64,000 nt of DNA from NCBI GenBank assembly GCA_013265495.1, contig MU058290.1, forward strand, positions 310,001 to 374,000, in the 5' to 3' direction. Each line of letters begins with the position of its first letter. Within the stretch, counting starts at the first letter, position 1. The position numbers and the translations under genes are program-made. The notes beneath the pieces were generated by a model that saw only the letters and a list, made by a program, of their open reading frames with translations, did no database searches and had not been told where the DNA came from. Positions 49,768-61,436 of this stretch are shown one piece after another. The stretch comes from Vicugna vicugna (lineage: Eukaryota).

Positions 49768-52019
49768 CTAAACAATATACACAAGACCCAGTACATCATA
49801 AATATTTGCTTTAAAGAACAAGTGAGAATATTATTTTAAAATATCCCTATTTTTAAGTTTATGATACTTAGGAACCAGGATTTGGACTAGTCCCCTGTTG
49901 GTGGTTTTTCAAAAAGCATGAAAAAGGAAGTTTGAGCATGCACACTCTAAAGTTGTCCAGTTTTCCAATCAATGTTGAATTCAAAAGGTATCTGTTTACT
50001 ACCTTCACTGAATAAGGTGCTCAATGGATGATTCCCAGACTGTTATTTATGAAGCATAAATAAATCACTTTCTCTGCAACAGGTCAGGAACTAAGCCCAG
50101 GCTCACAGGTTTACACCAGAAACCAAAGTCATGAGATCTGTGCTGCTTCTCCTCCTTTCTGAAAAAATGAACCATGTTGGCTTAATGGGAGTAACAGTTG
50201 AGGGCACTCTCCTTCATACAATGAAAACTTCACACCTCTCTTCATCTTTTCTGCTACCATACCCTGTAAGATTTATTGGCAGCAATGGTATCTTTCCTGT
50301 TGCTTTTGGTGAAAGTGTAAATAAGCAATGGGGTGATCAAAGGGTGGGAAGCTTAATGACTCTGTTAAGTTCTGCATAACTCCACATTCCAAAGCCTCCA
50401 AAATTACTCTCTGGGAATAGTTAGGGTATTAGAATGAAATATTCACTATTTTATGCCAGAAACATACTGTTTCTCATGTTTTGGGGATTTATAAATTGTT
50501 ATATGAGGAAAATCAGAGAAGACCAGCTTTTTCATACACTTCTTTCCAACACAAGAAACCAGCCAACCAATCAGCCAATCAACTCACCAGTCCACCCACA
50601 ATTTGGAAATAGCTTGATTAAACAACTTCCTTCCAAATGTTCTTCACTTGGTAAACTGTCTTCTCAGGTAGTCTGAGCGTAGACTATACTACCTTATTAC
50701 TCCTGGAAAGTGAGATTGCTTTCAGAAAGATGGTCCCTATTAGTCATAAAATCATAGAACTGGAAAAAATAGTGCAGATGATCTAACTGTTCATTTTACA
50801 GATAGGCTTCACAGAGGGAGCATGACTTAATCCAATGAACATAAAAGTCCTATGTTCAAATATAATGTTTACTATACTATTATAGAGGAATAATGACTAA
50901 TCAGATTAATAAAGTAAAATGAACTCTGTTGTACATCACAGCAGTGGCTGTAGTATGGACAATTAGTCATTTTCTCTTACATTTGGTGATGAATTTCCTG
51001 ACTCAGCTTGGAGTGAGGGATGGGCACAGTGTAGTTGAACACAAAGGCATCTTCTCCTCATTAGCTCTGGTGAGGAAAACTCCAGGTGAGGGTATTTTAT
51101 GTGGTCCAGTAGACTTCCTTCACTTCTGGAGGCTCCAGAGATTTGCTTTCTAGGAGTTTGCTGAGAAAATTAAGATATAAAGCAGTGTTTAATCTATGTT
51201 TCCTCTTAGGCATTACTCTAAAACTCCATGTCTCTCCCCAGGTGGTCCCAGTGGCTTCCAGAGTTTTCCCCTGGAGTATCTCCTCTTTTCAGTCTTTGGA
51301 GCTTATCTACATTTCAATAGAGTAGCTCCTAGGGGGTTGCTGGAGTCAAGGAAATGGAGAGTCCAGGGGAAATACTGGGCAAATTTCAGGAGGATTTTCA
51401 CTGCAGAGATTCAATTCCATTAAGGAATCACCCTCTGTGCAGATCAGTGGGAAAAATGGAAGTTTTGCCCATGACTTTAATTTTGAAAATGAGACATGTT
51501 TGTGAACAAATATTTCCTCTCTAGCTTAAATGAATTGCTACAACACAGTGAAACAGGAAACTGTATTCTGTTGGTCACTTTAAAATCAAATCCACTAAAA
51601 TTTCCTGGAGTCTTTCATTGTAACAACCAGGTGGTTGGTACTAGGTAGGAACTGCCTTGCATGACCTGATCATGATGTGGAGTGACCTTACTTGATGTGG
51701 AAGGAAATCTAAGATGGCAGAAGCCATTGATTTAATTTAAGCCAAATGTGGCAGAAGCCAATATTGTCAGTTTCCACTTTGATTTTAGTTTCTAAGAATA
51801 GGGAATTGGAAACCAGTGCAAATATGATAAAAGATTTTGTTTTTAATTGTGGGCCTTTTGTTTTTCTTCTAAAAGTATTGGGGTTTCTTCCTAGGGCCCT
51901 CTTAAGTCACTTCTTTAAAATATGATTCCTAGGGAAAGGTGAGTGATGGTCAAGGAGAAAATCTTCACTGATGGCTATAGGGGCAGCTTGTAAATGAACT
52001 TGATTTTCAGTGACACTCT

Positions 52020-53285
52020 ATGCCATTTCCCCATCAAATATTCTTGGCTTCCTTGTCAAATATTAATCGACAATATATATGAGGATTTATTTCTGAGCTC
52101 TAGATTTTGTTCCATTGGTCCATGTGTCCATTTTTATGCCAGTACCATACTGTTTTGATTTCTATATCTTTGTAGTATTGTTTGAAACCAAGAAGTGTGA
52201 TGCCTCCAAGTTTGTCATTCTTTCTCATGATTGCTTCTGCTATTCGGGGTCTTTTGTAATTCCAGACAAATTTTAGGGTTGTTTTTTCAAGTTCTGTGAA
52301 TTATACCATTGGAATTTTGATGAATCTATTGATGAGTCTGGGTAGTACGGACAATTTTACAATGTTAGTTCTTCCAATCCATGAGGAAGATATTCTATAT
52401 CTTTGCATTTATAAGTATCTTCTTCAATTTCTTTTATCAAAATTTTCAGTGTGCAGATCTTTCACCTCCTTTGTTAAATTTATTCTTAAGTATTTTACAG
52501 TTTTTCATGCTACTGTGAATGGGACTATTTTCTTTTTTTGATATTTCATACTTAGTGTATATAAGTAAAACATTTCTGTATGTTGATTTTGTTTCCTGTG
52601 ACTACTGAATTTGTTAATAGTTCTAAGAGTTTTGGGGTGGAGTCTTTAGGGTTTTCTATATATAAGGTCATGTCATCTGCAAACAAAGAAAATTTACCTT
52701 CTTTTATGATTTGGATGCCTTTTATTTCTTTTACTTGACTGATTTCTCTGGCTAGGACTTTCAGTACTATGTTGAATAGAAATGGTGAGTGTGGACAACT
52801 TTGTATTGTTTCTGATCTTAGAGGAAAAGCTTTCAAGCTTTTACCTTTGGGTATGATGTTAGCTGTGTGCTTGTCATATATGGCCTTTATTTTGTGGAGG
52901 TATGTTCCTTCTATACATAATTTATTAAGAGTTTTTTTTAATCATGAAAGGATGTTGTATTTTGTCAAATGCTTTTTCTGCAACTATTGAGATAATCTTA
53001 TGAATTTTACTCTTCAGTTTCTTAATGTGGTGTATCACATTTATTGATTTGCTTATGTTAAACCATCCTTGCATCCCAGGGATAAATCCCACTAGATCAT
53101 AGTTTATGATCCCTTTAATGTGTTGTTGAACTTGGTTTGCTAATAGTGTGTTGAGAATTTTGTTATGATCCTTTTAATGTGTGTTGGACTTGGTTTGGTA
53201 ATAGTTTGTTGAGGGATATGGTCAGTAATTTTCTTTTTTTGCAGTGTCCTTATCTGCCTTTGGTATTAGGGTAATGCTGGCCTTG
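52020..53285 (-). mobile_element. L1 ORF2 (RT region) fragment
   Basis: ORF 52552-52836 [29 protein letters not shown]...[17 protein letters not shown] is L1 reverse transcriptase. Confidence 0.92.
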
Positions 53286-53799
53286 TATTACCCCTCAGCA
53301 ACAGTAATTTGGCAGTGATACAAGGACAAAAGTGCCTTTGTGGGAGTTTTGGGATCCAGCTAAGAGATTATGAATCCTTAATGGACCTCATGATCAAAGA
53401 GGATCATTTTGAGAAGGTAAACCCAGGCCCAGTTGGCAGATTCACTAACCAAGGTCCTGGGTGCAGACTCAGAAACAGCTCTGTCTCCCTGTGGACTCAG
53501 CTAAGCCACTTTTGGCTTTGGTGTCACTACCAGTACCATCCACCAGAGACCCAGCAGGAGTCATGTCCACTTGTGCCCAGGTAACAGTCCTACTAACTTC
53601 AGTCTGGCTGTGGTTCCTGAATTAACCTATGACCCAGCTCCAGGTCCTTTTAGCCACCAATTGTGCCTGTCCAGGGTCTGGATGGGAGACAAGCTTGTCC
53701 ATGTTCCTGAGGCAGGCTCTCTGATCTTGGTCCAACTGCAGATCCTGAAATGTCCCTTTAACTCCAGCCCCTTTTAGCCACAGGCCAGAAATACTTCAA

Positions 53800-55470
53800 G
53801 CATCAAGAAGGAAAAATACCTAGAAATCAATTTAAACAAGGAGGTGAGAGTTCTGTACACTGAAAAGTATAAGATGTTGGTGAAAGAAATTGATGAAAGC
53901 ACAAATAAATGGGAAGCTATTGTGTGTTCATGAACTGGAAGAATTAATATTGTTAAAATGTCCATACTGCTCAAAGCCATCTGTAGATTCAATGCAATCT
54001 CTATCAAAATTCCAATGGCATTTTCCACAGAAATAAAAGCAATCCTAATTATGTATAAAACCAGAAAAGACCCAAACAGTGAAAGCTATAGAATACTGTT
54101 GAGTCATAAAAATGAAGGTAATTCTACAATTTGCAACAACATGGATGAACATGGAGGACATTATGCTAAGTGAAGTAAGTCAAACACAGAAATATAAATA
54201 CTGTATGATTTCACTTATATATGGAATCTAAAAAGTTGAACTCCTCAATCCAGCTTGCTGAATGGTGATTTCCAGGGGCTGGTGGGTGCAAGAGATAGGG
54301 AGATGTTGGTTAAAGGGTACAAACTTCCAGTTGTGAGATGAATAAGTTCTGCAGATCTAAGGTACATCACAGTGACTATAATTAATAATATTGTATTGTA
54401 CTTGAAATCTGCTAAGGGAGATCTTAAGTGTTCTCACTACACAAAAAAGGTAACTATGTGAGGTAATAGATGTGTTAATTAACTTGAGGTGGTAATCATT
54501 TCATAGTGTATACATATATTAAATCACCATGTTGTATATCTTAAAAATATCAGTGTATAACTTAAACATATACAATTTTTATTTATCAATTATATTTCAG
54601 TAAAGCTGGAAAATAATGAATAAGTATATACTTTCATATACAAACTGAGATAAGTTAGTCAGTAGACCTGCACTGTGAATAATGTTTAATTTTTTTAGGC
54701 AGAAGGAATATGATACCAGACCAACACATGGCTTCACCAAAGTAATTAAAAGCACTGGAAATGAAATAAAAGAAATATATATAGTAGCAATATTTTGTGT
54801 GTTTATACATAAAAGTAAAATCTATGACAAAAAATAGCTCAAAGTATGAGAGTGAGGAATTGGGAATATATATAGTAGTATAAATCCCTTATACAACATG
54901 TAAAGTAGCATACTATTATTAGAAGTCAGACTCTGATTAAATAAACATGTATGTATGTAGACCCTAGGAAAACCATTTAAAAATTTTTAAAAAAGACACA
55001 AATAATAAGGGAATAATGGAGTTAAAACTGATTTATAAAAAATAGGCCAAAAGAAGGCAGAAAAAGAGGGAAAAAAGAAATGAATAGATAGAATATAGAA
55101 TGCAGTTAGCAAAATGGTAGATTTTAATCAACTGTATCAGAAGTGAAATACAACTGGTCTAAAGAAAACTCATTAAAAGACTGATATTGTAAGTTGGGGG
55201 AAAAAAGCAAGACTCAATAACATGCTGTCTACACGAAATCCACTGTAAAAATGTTAGAAGAACATATACCATACAGTCATTAATCAAAAGAAAGTTGTAG
55301 GAGCTACATTAACATGGACAAAGTAGACTTCAGAATGAGGAGCATTACTAAGAATAAAGTATGAAATATCCTAAAGAGGTCATTTTTCCATGAAGATACA
55401 ATTCCAAATGTATGATGTATCTAACAACAGAGCATCAAAATATATAAGCAAAAATTGATGAAAGTGAAGT
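53800..55470 (+). mobile_element. Composite L1 fragments (ORF2 piece 53800-54078, 3'UTR 54090-54610, older L1 endonuclease region 54640-55470)
   Basis: [26 protein letters not shown] (ORF2), L1MA-type 3'UTR and A-rich endonuclease-region sequence. Confidence 0.8.
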
Positions 55471-56169
55471 TAATTCAAGGAGTGACTTTTACTGTATATA
55501 AAGTACAAGCAGACAAATTTTAAAAATATAATATATTAATTATGATTCCTCTCATGTAAAATTTTTAAACAGGTAAATCTATTTTTAGTAGACAAAAAGT
55601 ATAAAGAAAAGAAGTTTACAAAATAAGTGCCAGACATAGGTATAGTCAAAACCAAAAGGACTTAGAATGTCTTATTTCTTATCTTTTGTATTGGTTATTG
55701 GCTATTTGCTCTTTATAATTATTCATTACACTCACTCTACTTTACATATGTGTTTTATTCATTTTCTGCCATGTATTGTATTTTAAAGAAAGCTGTAAAA
55801 ATATTTTTTGATAAAATCATGGGGAACCTAACTGATTAAAACTCTTTTTGAAGTATTATGCTATGCAAAATTTTGCTTCTCTGATTTATGGTCCTTATTA
55901 TAATTAGAACAATATAATTTATTCTGCTTTCTTTTTTTGTCTTGGATTCTAGTGTTCTCAAAGATGTCCTATTCTGAAATTTAAAGTTTTACTTATTGAT
56001 CCAACCAATTCATTGTTTATGTTGTCTCTCACAGTATCTTGTTTCTTATGTGTCATGAGTGTGCTGGTGTCATATATATTTTATTATCCTTTTTAGTTCT
56101 TTATCAGGGAGTTCATTAATATCTACTATGTTTTCTGACATAAGTCTGATATCTTTTTCTTTTAGATCT

Positions 56170-57740
56170 TTATTTATATATTTTTAGAGCAGTTTTAGGT
56201 TAGATTTACAACAAAATTGAGAGGAAGACACAGAGATTTCCCACATACCCTCTACCCACACACATACATAACCTTGCCGTTTATTGACATCACTCACCAG
56301 AATGGTGCATTTTTAATTTTTACCAAAGATGAAGCTACACTGTCACATCATAATCACCCAAACTTCATGGTTTATCTTAGGACTCACCCTTGGTACTTAC
56401 TGTACAGTCTATGGTATTGGCCCTATATCCGTCATTATAAGAACACACGGAGCATTTTCACTGCCCTAAAAATTCTCTGTACTCTGCCTACTCATTTTTC
56501 CAACAGCCTTCCCCTACCCCTGGCACGCATTATTATTTTTTTGGGTGGGGGGCTTTATTCCTGTAGGGGTAAAAGGAGGGGGAAAAAGTAGATTCTTCAG
56601 GGCTGTAAACCGCAGTGCTGGCGCAGTAAGCAGGGAAGCAGGGCAGCAAACCGGCACATACCTCAGGCTGGAAAGCGGCGGTGCAAACAGGAAACGCTAA
56701 CCGGCCACTAGGATCTGGCGTCCCGGAACCCCGCCGCCGCCGCCGCCGCAGGGCCCACGGACGCACGCTGACGTCAGCACGCCCGCCTAGCCTGTGCGTC
56801 CCCGCAGTCGGAGGGCGCCTCGGGGTCTGCGGCGGGAGAGCGTCCTGTGGGGAGATGGGAACGTCGAGCGAGGGGCTCCTCAGGCCTGAGGTATGAGGCG
56901 TGAGCTTCCACATCACCTTGGTGTTTCGATTTTTAATCTTGTGGTTTGAGCACTTTAACATTTCCTTCTTTTGCGGTCCCTGAGGGGAGGATTACAAACC
57001 TGAGCCGTCTCGTTTGAATCTTGAGAAACTGTGGAAAGGCCTGGGTGGTTTTGCGCCTTTCCCCGCATTGTCTGTCGTCTCCATTGTTTTGCCCTTTGCG
57101 GAATGTTACAGTTGGAATCGTGCAGCTTGTAGCCTTTTTTAGATTGGCTTATTTCAGTTAGTAATATGCATTTAAGATGCTTGCAGGTCTTTTCATGGTT
57201 GATAGCGAAATATTTTTTTACCATTGAATGATGTTTCACGGCTGGATGTGCCACAGTTTATCTGTTCACCTACTGAAAAACATCTCAGTTGCTTCCAAAG
57301 TTTGGCGGTTATGACTAATGCTGCCAAAAATAGCTGCGTGCAGATTTTTGTGTGGACATAAGTTTTCAACTCCTATGCGTTGAAAACCAAGGAATGCCAT
57401 TGCTGGCTCATATGGTAAGGGTATGCTTAACTTTGTAAAAAAACTCCAAATTGTCTTCTGAAGTGGCTGTACCGTTTTGCATTCCCACCAGCAGTGTGTG
57501 GGAGTTCCTGCTGCTCTACATCCTCACCAGCATTTGATCTTGTTAGTGAACTTGATTTTGACCGTTCTAACAGGTGTGTAAGAGTATCTAGTTATTGCTT
57601 TAATTTGCATTTCCCTGATTATGTATGATGCAGGACATCTTTTCTTACGCTTATCTGGTATCTGTATGTCGTCTTTGGTGAGGTGTATGTTAAAATCTTT
57701 GGCCCATTTTTTGTTTGGCATGTTTGTTTTCTTACTATTA
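56170..57740 (-). mobile_element. L1MB-like 3' fragment interrupted by a CpG-rich insert
   Basis: Colinear with the copies at 11390 and 41120; breaks after ccctggca (56525) and resumes at about 57070 (gtctccattgttttgccc). Confidence 0.8.
56526..57069. promoter_or_regulatory. Orphan CpG-island-like insert with CRE, (CCG)n and two outward-facing splice donors
   Basis: High CpG density, GCTGACGTCAGC 56767-56778, (CCG)6 at 56731-56748, inverted 12-mers at 56657-56668 and 56884-56895, flanking cgcatt direct repeats. Confidence 0.6.
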
Positions 57741-57744
57741 TTAA

Positions 57745-58515
57745 TTTATTTTTATTGAGATATAGTTAGTTTATAATGTATTAGTTTCAGGTGTTTAATA
57801 TAGTGATTCAGAGTTTTTATAGATTATATTACATTTAAAGTTATTATAAAGTATTGGCTATATTCTCTGTGGTGTACAATATATCCTTGTATCATATTTA
57901 TTTTATATGTAGTAGTTTTACCTCTTAAACCCCTACCTTTATCTTGCCCCTCCCTCCTCCTTTCCCCCACTGGTAACCATCAGTTTATTCTCTGTATCTG
58001 TGAGTCTGTTTCTGTTTTGTTATATTCATTCGTTTTATTTTTTAGATTCCACATTTAAGTGATAATGCACAGTATTTGTCTCTCTCTGTCTGATTTATTT
58101 CACTAAGCTTAATACCCTCCAGGTTTATCTATGTTTCAAATGGCAAAATTTTATTCTTTTTTTATGGCTGAGTAGTATTCCATTGTGTGTGTGTATGTGT
58201 GTGTATGTATACATATATATAAATACCGCAAATTCTTTATCTATTCATCTGTTGATAGACACTTTGGTTACTTTCATATCTTGGCTAAATAATACTATAC
58301 ATTTGGTAGTTCTATTATTAGTTTTTTTGAGGAACCTCCATACTGTTTTCCAAAATGGCTGTGCCAGTTTACATTTCCACCAGCAGTGTATAAGGGTTCC
58401 ATTGTCTCCACATTTTTGCCAAATTTTGTTATTTGTGGTCTTTTTGATGAGAGCTGTTCTGACAGGTGTGAGGTGATATCTCGTTGTGGTTTTGATTTAC
58501 ATTTCTCTGATGATT
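57745..58515 (-). mobile_element. L1 3' end
   Basis: tttttattgagatatagttagtttataat...ctgacaggtgtgaggtgatatctcgttgtggttttgattt. Confidence 0.85.
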
Positions 58516-60105
58516 AAAGGGCATCACATTTCTTAATTTCAAACTATATTTCAAAGCTATGGTGATAAAAACAGTATGGTATTGGCATAAAAACAGACAC
58601 ACAGATCAATGGAACATAACAGAGAGACCAGAAATAAACCCACACATATATGATCAATTCATTTATGAGAAAGGAGGCAAGGATATACAGTGGGGAAGGA
58701 TATTCTCTTCAATGAATGATGTTGAAAAAAGCTGGATAGCCACATACAATAGAATGAAACTGGGTCACTATCTTATACTATAAACAAAAATTAACTCAAA
58801 ATTGATTAAAGACTTGAATGTAAGACCTGAAACCATAAAACTAGTAGAAGAAAACATAGGCAGTAGGCCTCTTGACATCAGTTTTTCTAATAATTTTTGG
58901 ATATGATACCAAGAGCAAAGACAATAAAAGCTCAAAATAAAAAGCTTCAGCCCAGTGAAGGACCATCAACAAAATGAAAAGGCAACCTACTGAAATGGAG
59001 AAAATATTTGCAAATGATATATCTGATAAGGGATTAATAATCCAAAATATATAAAGATCCATATAACTCAATAGCAAAAAAAAATTCTGTTAGAAACAGG
59101 TAGAAGATCTAAATAGACATTTTCCCAAAGAATACATACAGACAGCCAACAGGTACATGAAAAGATGCTCAACATCACTAATCATCAGGGAAATCCAAAT
59201 CATAACCACAATGAGATATCACCTCACACCTGTTAGAATGGCAATTAAAAAAAGACAAGAAATAACAAGCGTTGGGAAGGGATGTAGGGAAAAGAGAACC
59301 CTTTGCACTGTTGGGAATATAAATTGGTGCAGCCACCATGGAAAACAGTATAGAATTCCTCCAAAAATTAAAAATGGCACTACTGTGTGATCCAGCAATT
59401 CCACTTCTGGGAATGTATACAAAGGAAATGAAAACATTAATTAGAAAAGATGTATGCACTCCCATGTCATTGCAGCATTATTTACAATAGCCAATTTATG
59501 GAAACAATGTAAGAGTTTATCAGTATATGAATGGATACAGAAAATTTTTTTATATTTATATATACACACACGTATGTATATAAAATGGAATATTACTGAG
59601 CCATTAAAAATGAAATCTTGCCATTTGTAACAACACGGATGGACCTTAAGCGTATTATGCTGAGTAAAATAAGTAATACATAGAAAGACAAATACCGTAT
59701 GACCTCATTTATATGTGGAATCTAAAAACAAAATAATCCCCTCCCCACAAACCAAGCTCATAGATACAAAGAACAGATTGGTAGTTGCCAGAGGTGGGGG
59801 ATGGGGGGTGAGCTAGGCAAAGGGGATCAAAAGGCACAAACTTCCAGTTTAGAAATAAGTCCTTGGGGGTGTAATACACAGCACGGTATAGTTAGGAATA
59901 TTGTATTGCATGTTTGAAAGTTTCTAAGAGAATAGATCTTAAAATTTCTTATCACAAGAAAAAGATTTTGTATATATGGTGACGGATGTTAAATAGACTT
60001 ATTATGGTGATCATTTTGCAATATATACAACTATTGAGCCATTATAATATACACTTAAAACTAATATACTATTATGTGCCAATTATACATCAATAAAAAA
60101 AAACA
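58516..60105 (+). mobile_element. L1 ORF2 C-terminal region, 3'UTR and A tail (L1MA9-like)
   Basis: [18 protein letters not shown] and [29 protein letters not shown]; ends caataaaaaaaaa. Confidence 0.92.
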
Positions 60106-60695
60106 AAGGGGCTCAAAAGTTTGAGTCATTTCTTTCAGCAATGCTTTACCTAAAAGAAGATAGAAAGTATCAACAATCATGCCAACTTTTAAGGATACCT
60201 GCTGAGCACAGTTTGAAATACTCTAAAGGGCTAGATGGGGAGGTATCTTCTAGAAATTTGGCATTTCACACTTGCATCGTGATCTCTGCTACTGGGACTT
60301 GTTCACCATGAAATGGTATTTACTTATCACTATCATGCTAGAAGCACAGAGCTGATCCAGGAGAGAAACCTTTTTTAAAAAAAAAAAAAAGAAAAAGAAA
60401 AAGAGAAAAAGAGAATAACCCTTTTCAAGCCGCTGAATGAGTCAATAGAAAAGAGAACAAGAACTCGGATGACGTAACTCTGATATTGACAAATTAGAGA
60501 GTCCAAACTTGCAGACAGATGCAAAAAATGAATAAAATGGATAGAAAGGAATAAGAAGATAAACAAAAACCTTGTGTTCCAGCTAAGGAGTTGCTGTAGT
60601 GTTTGCACCATCATGAGAGTAACCTATCTATAGGGCAAAATAAACATCTGCTGTAAAAATAGCATGAGATGATTGTTCACCACTGGAAAAACTGG

Positions 60696-60727
60696 TCCCA
60701 AAGGCCAATTAATGGGCTCCAAAGGGA
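60696..60727 (+). promoter_or_regulatory. Candidate OR promoter element: O/E (EBF) - homeodomain - O/E
   Basis: TCCCAAAGG 60696-60704, AATTAATGG 60707-60715, CTCCAAAGGGA 60717-60727; upstream of donors at 61194 and 61436. Confidence 0.5.
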
Positions 60728-61399
60728 AGAGAACATTTGGGATACAGCTGATAATCTTTCCTCATAAATTCCCACTTCTAGAATTCATAGGAAGCTATAA
60801 CTGTCAGAAGAAATAAGACATAGGTTTCAGAACAACATAGATAAATCTCTGTTGTGCAGCAAATATGCCAGTTTCTGTCCAAACCAGTATCAGTATCCAG
60901 CAAGGCTAACCACTTCTCTGGGCTGTTGACTGCTGAGGATGCCATGCCCTCCATCTTGCCTGCCTTTTGCTGCAGTGAAAATAGATTACGAGGCAGAACC
61001 ACCAGTTCTATGTGAGGAGACAGGTTCAGAAGAGGTACAAGTATAGGACAGCTCTTAAGTATGCTTTTTAGCTCTGCCTTCTTTTGTGTGACTATAAAAG
61101 CACTAACACCTCAAGTATATAAATTAATGTAAGGAGATTCATCCTTACAACGAAGATGGCTGGGAACCAGAGAAGTAAGAGAGACGAGTATGAGGTAAGA
61201 GCCTCAATAGTATATAAATTCTGTCGTTATTAACCAGGAGCTGTACCCAGTAAGAACCAGGTCTTTGGGGGAGTGAAGATGTTACTGAAGTGACATCTGG
61301 AAATAACTGATAAAACAGCTCTGAGGAGCAGGGCAGAAAGAACTTAAACTCTCCCTATTTTTACCTGTATTTGATGATGATCATCTGCTGACTCTGCAG

Positions 61400-61436
61400 A
61401 AGAGAGAGCACTGTGATGTCTGAGCACTGCAGATTG
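61400..61436 (+). other. Candidate non-coding 5' exon of the + strand OR
   Basis: ctgactctgcag| acceptor and ttg|gtgagt donor; an upstream donor gag|gtaaga at 61194/61195. Confidence 0.4.

Noticed and set aside
52552..52836. RT-like ORF and other L1-derived ORFs
   Set aside because: Short disrupted fragments of dead L1 copies; no full-length active element in the window.
56533..56961. 142-aa minus-strand ORF across the CpG insert
   Set aside because: The poly-Arg run comes from the CCG repeat; no recognisable homology, so not called as a processed pseudogene CDS.
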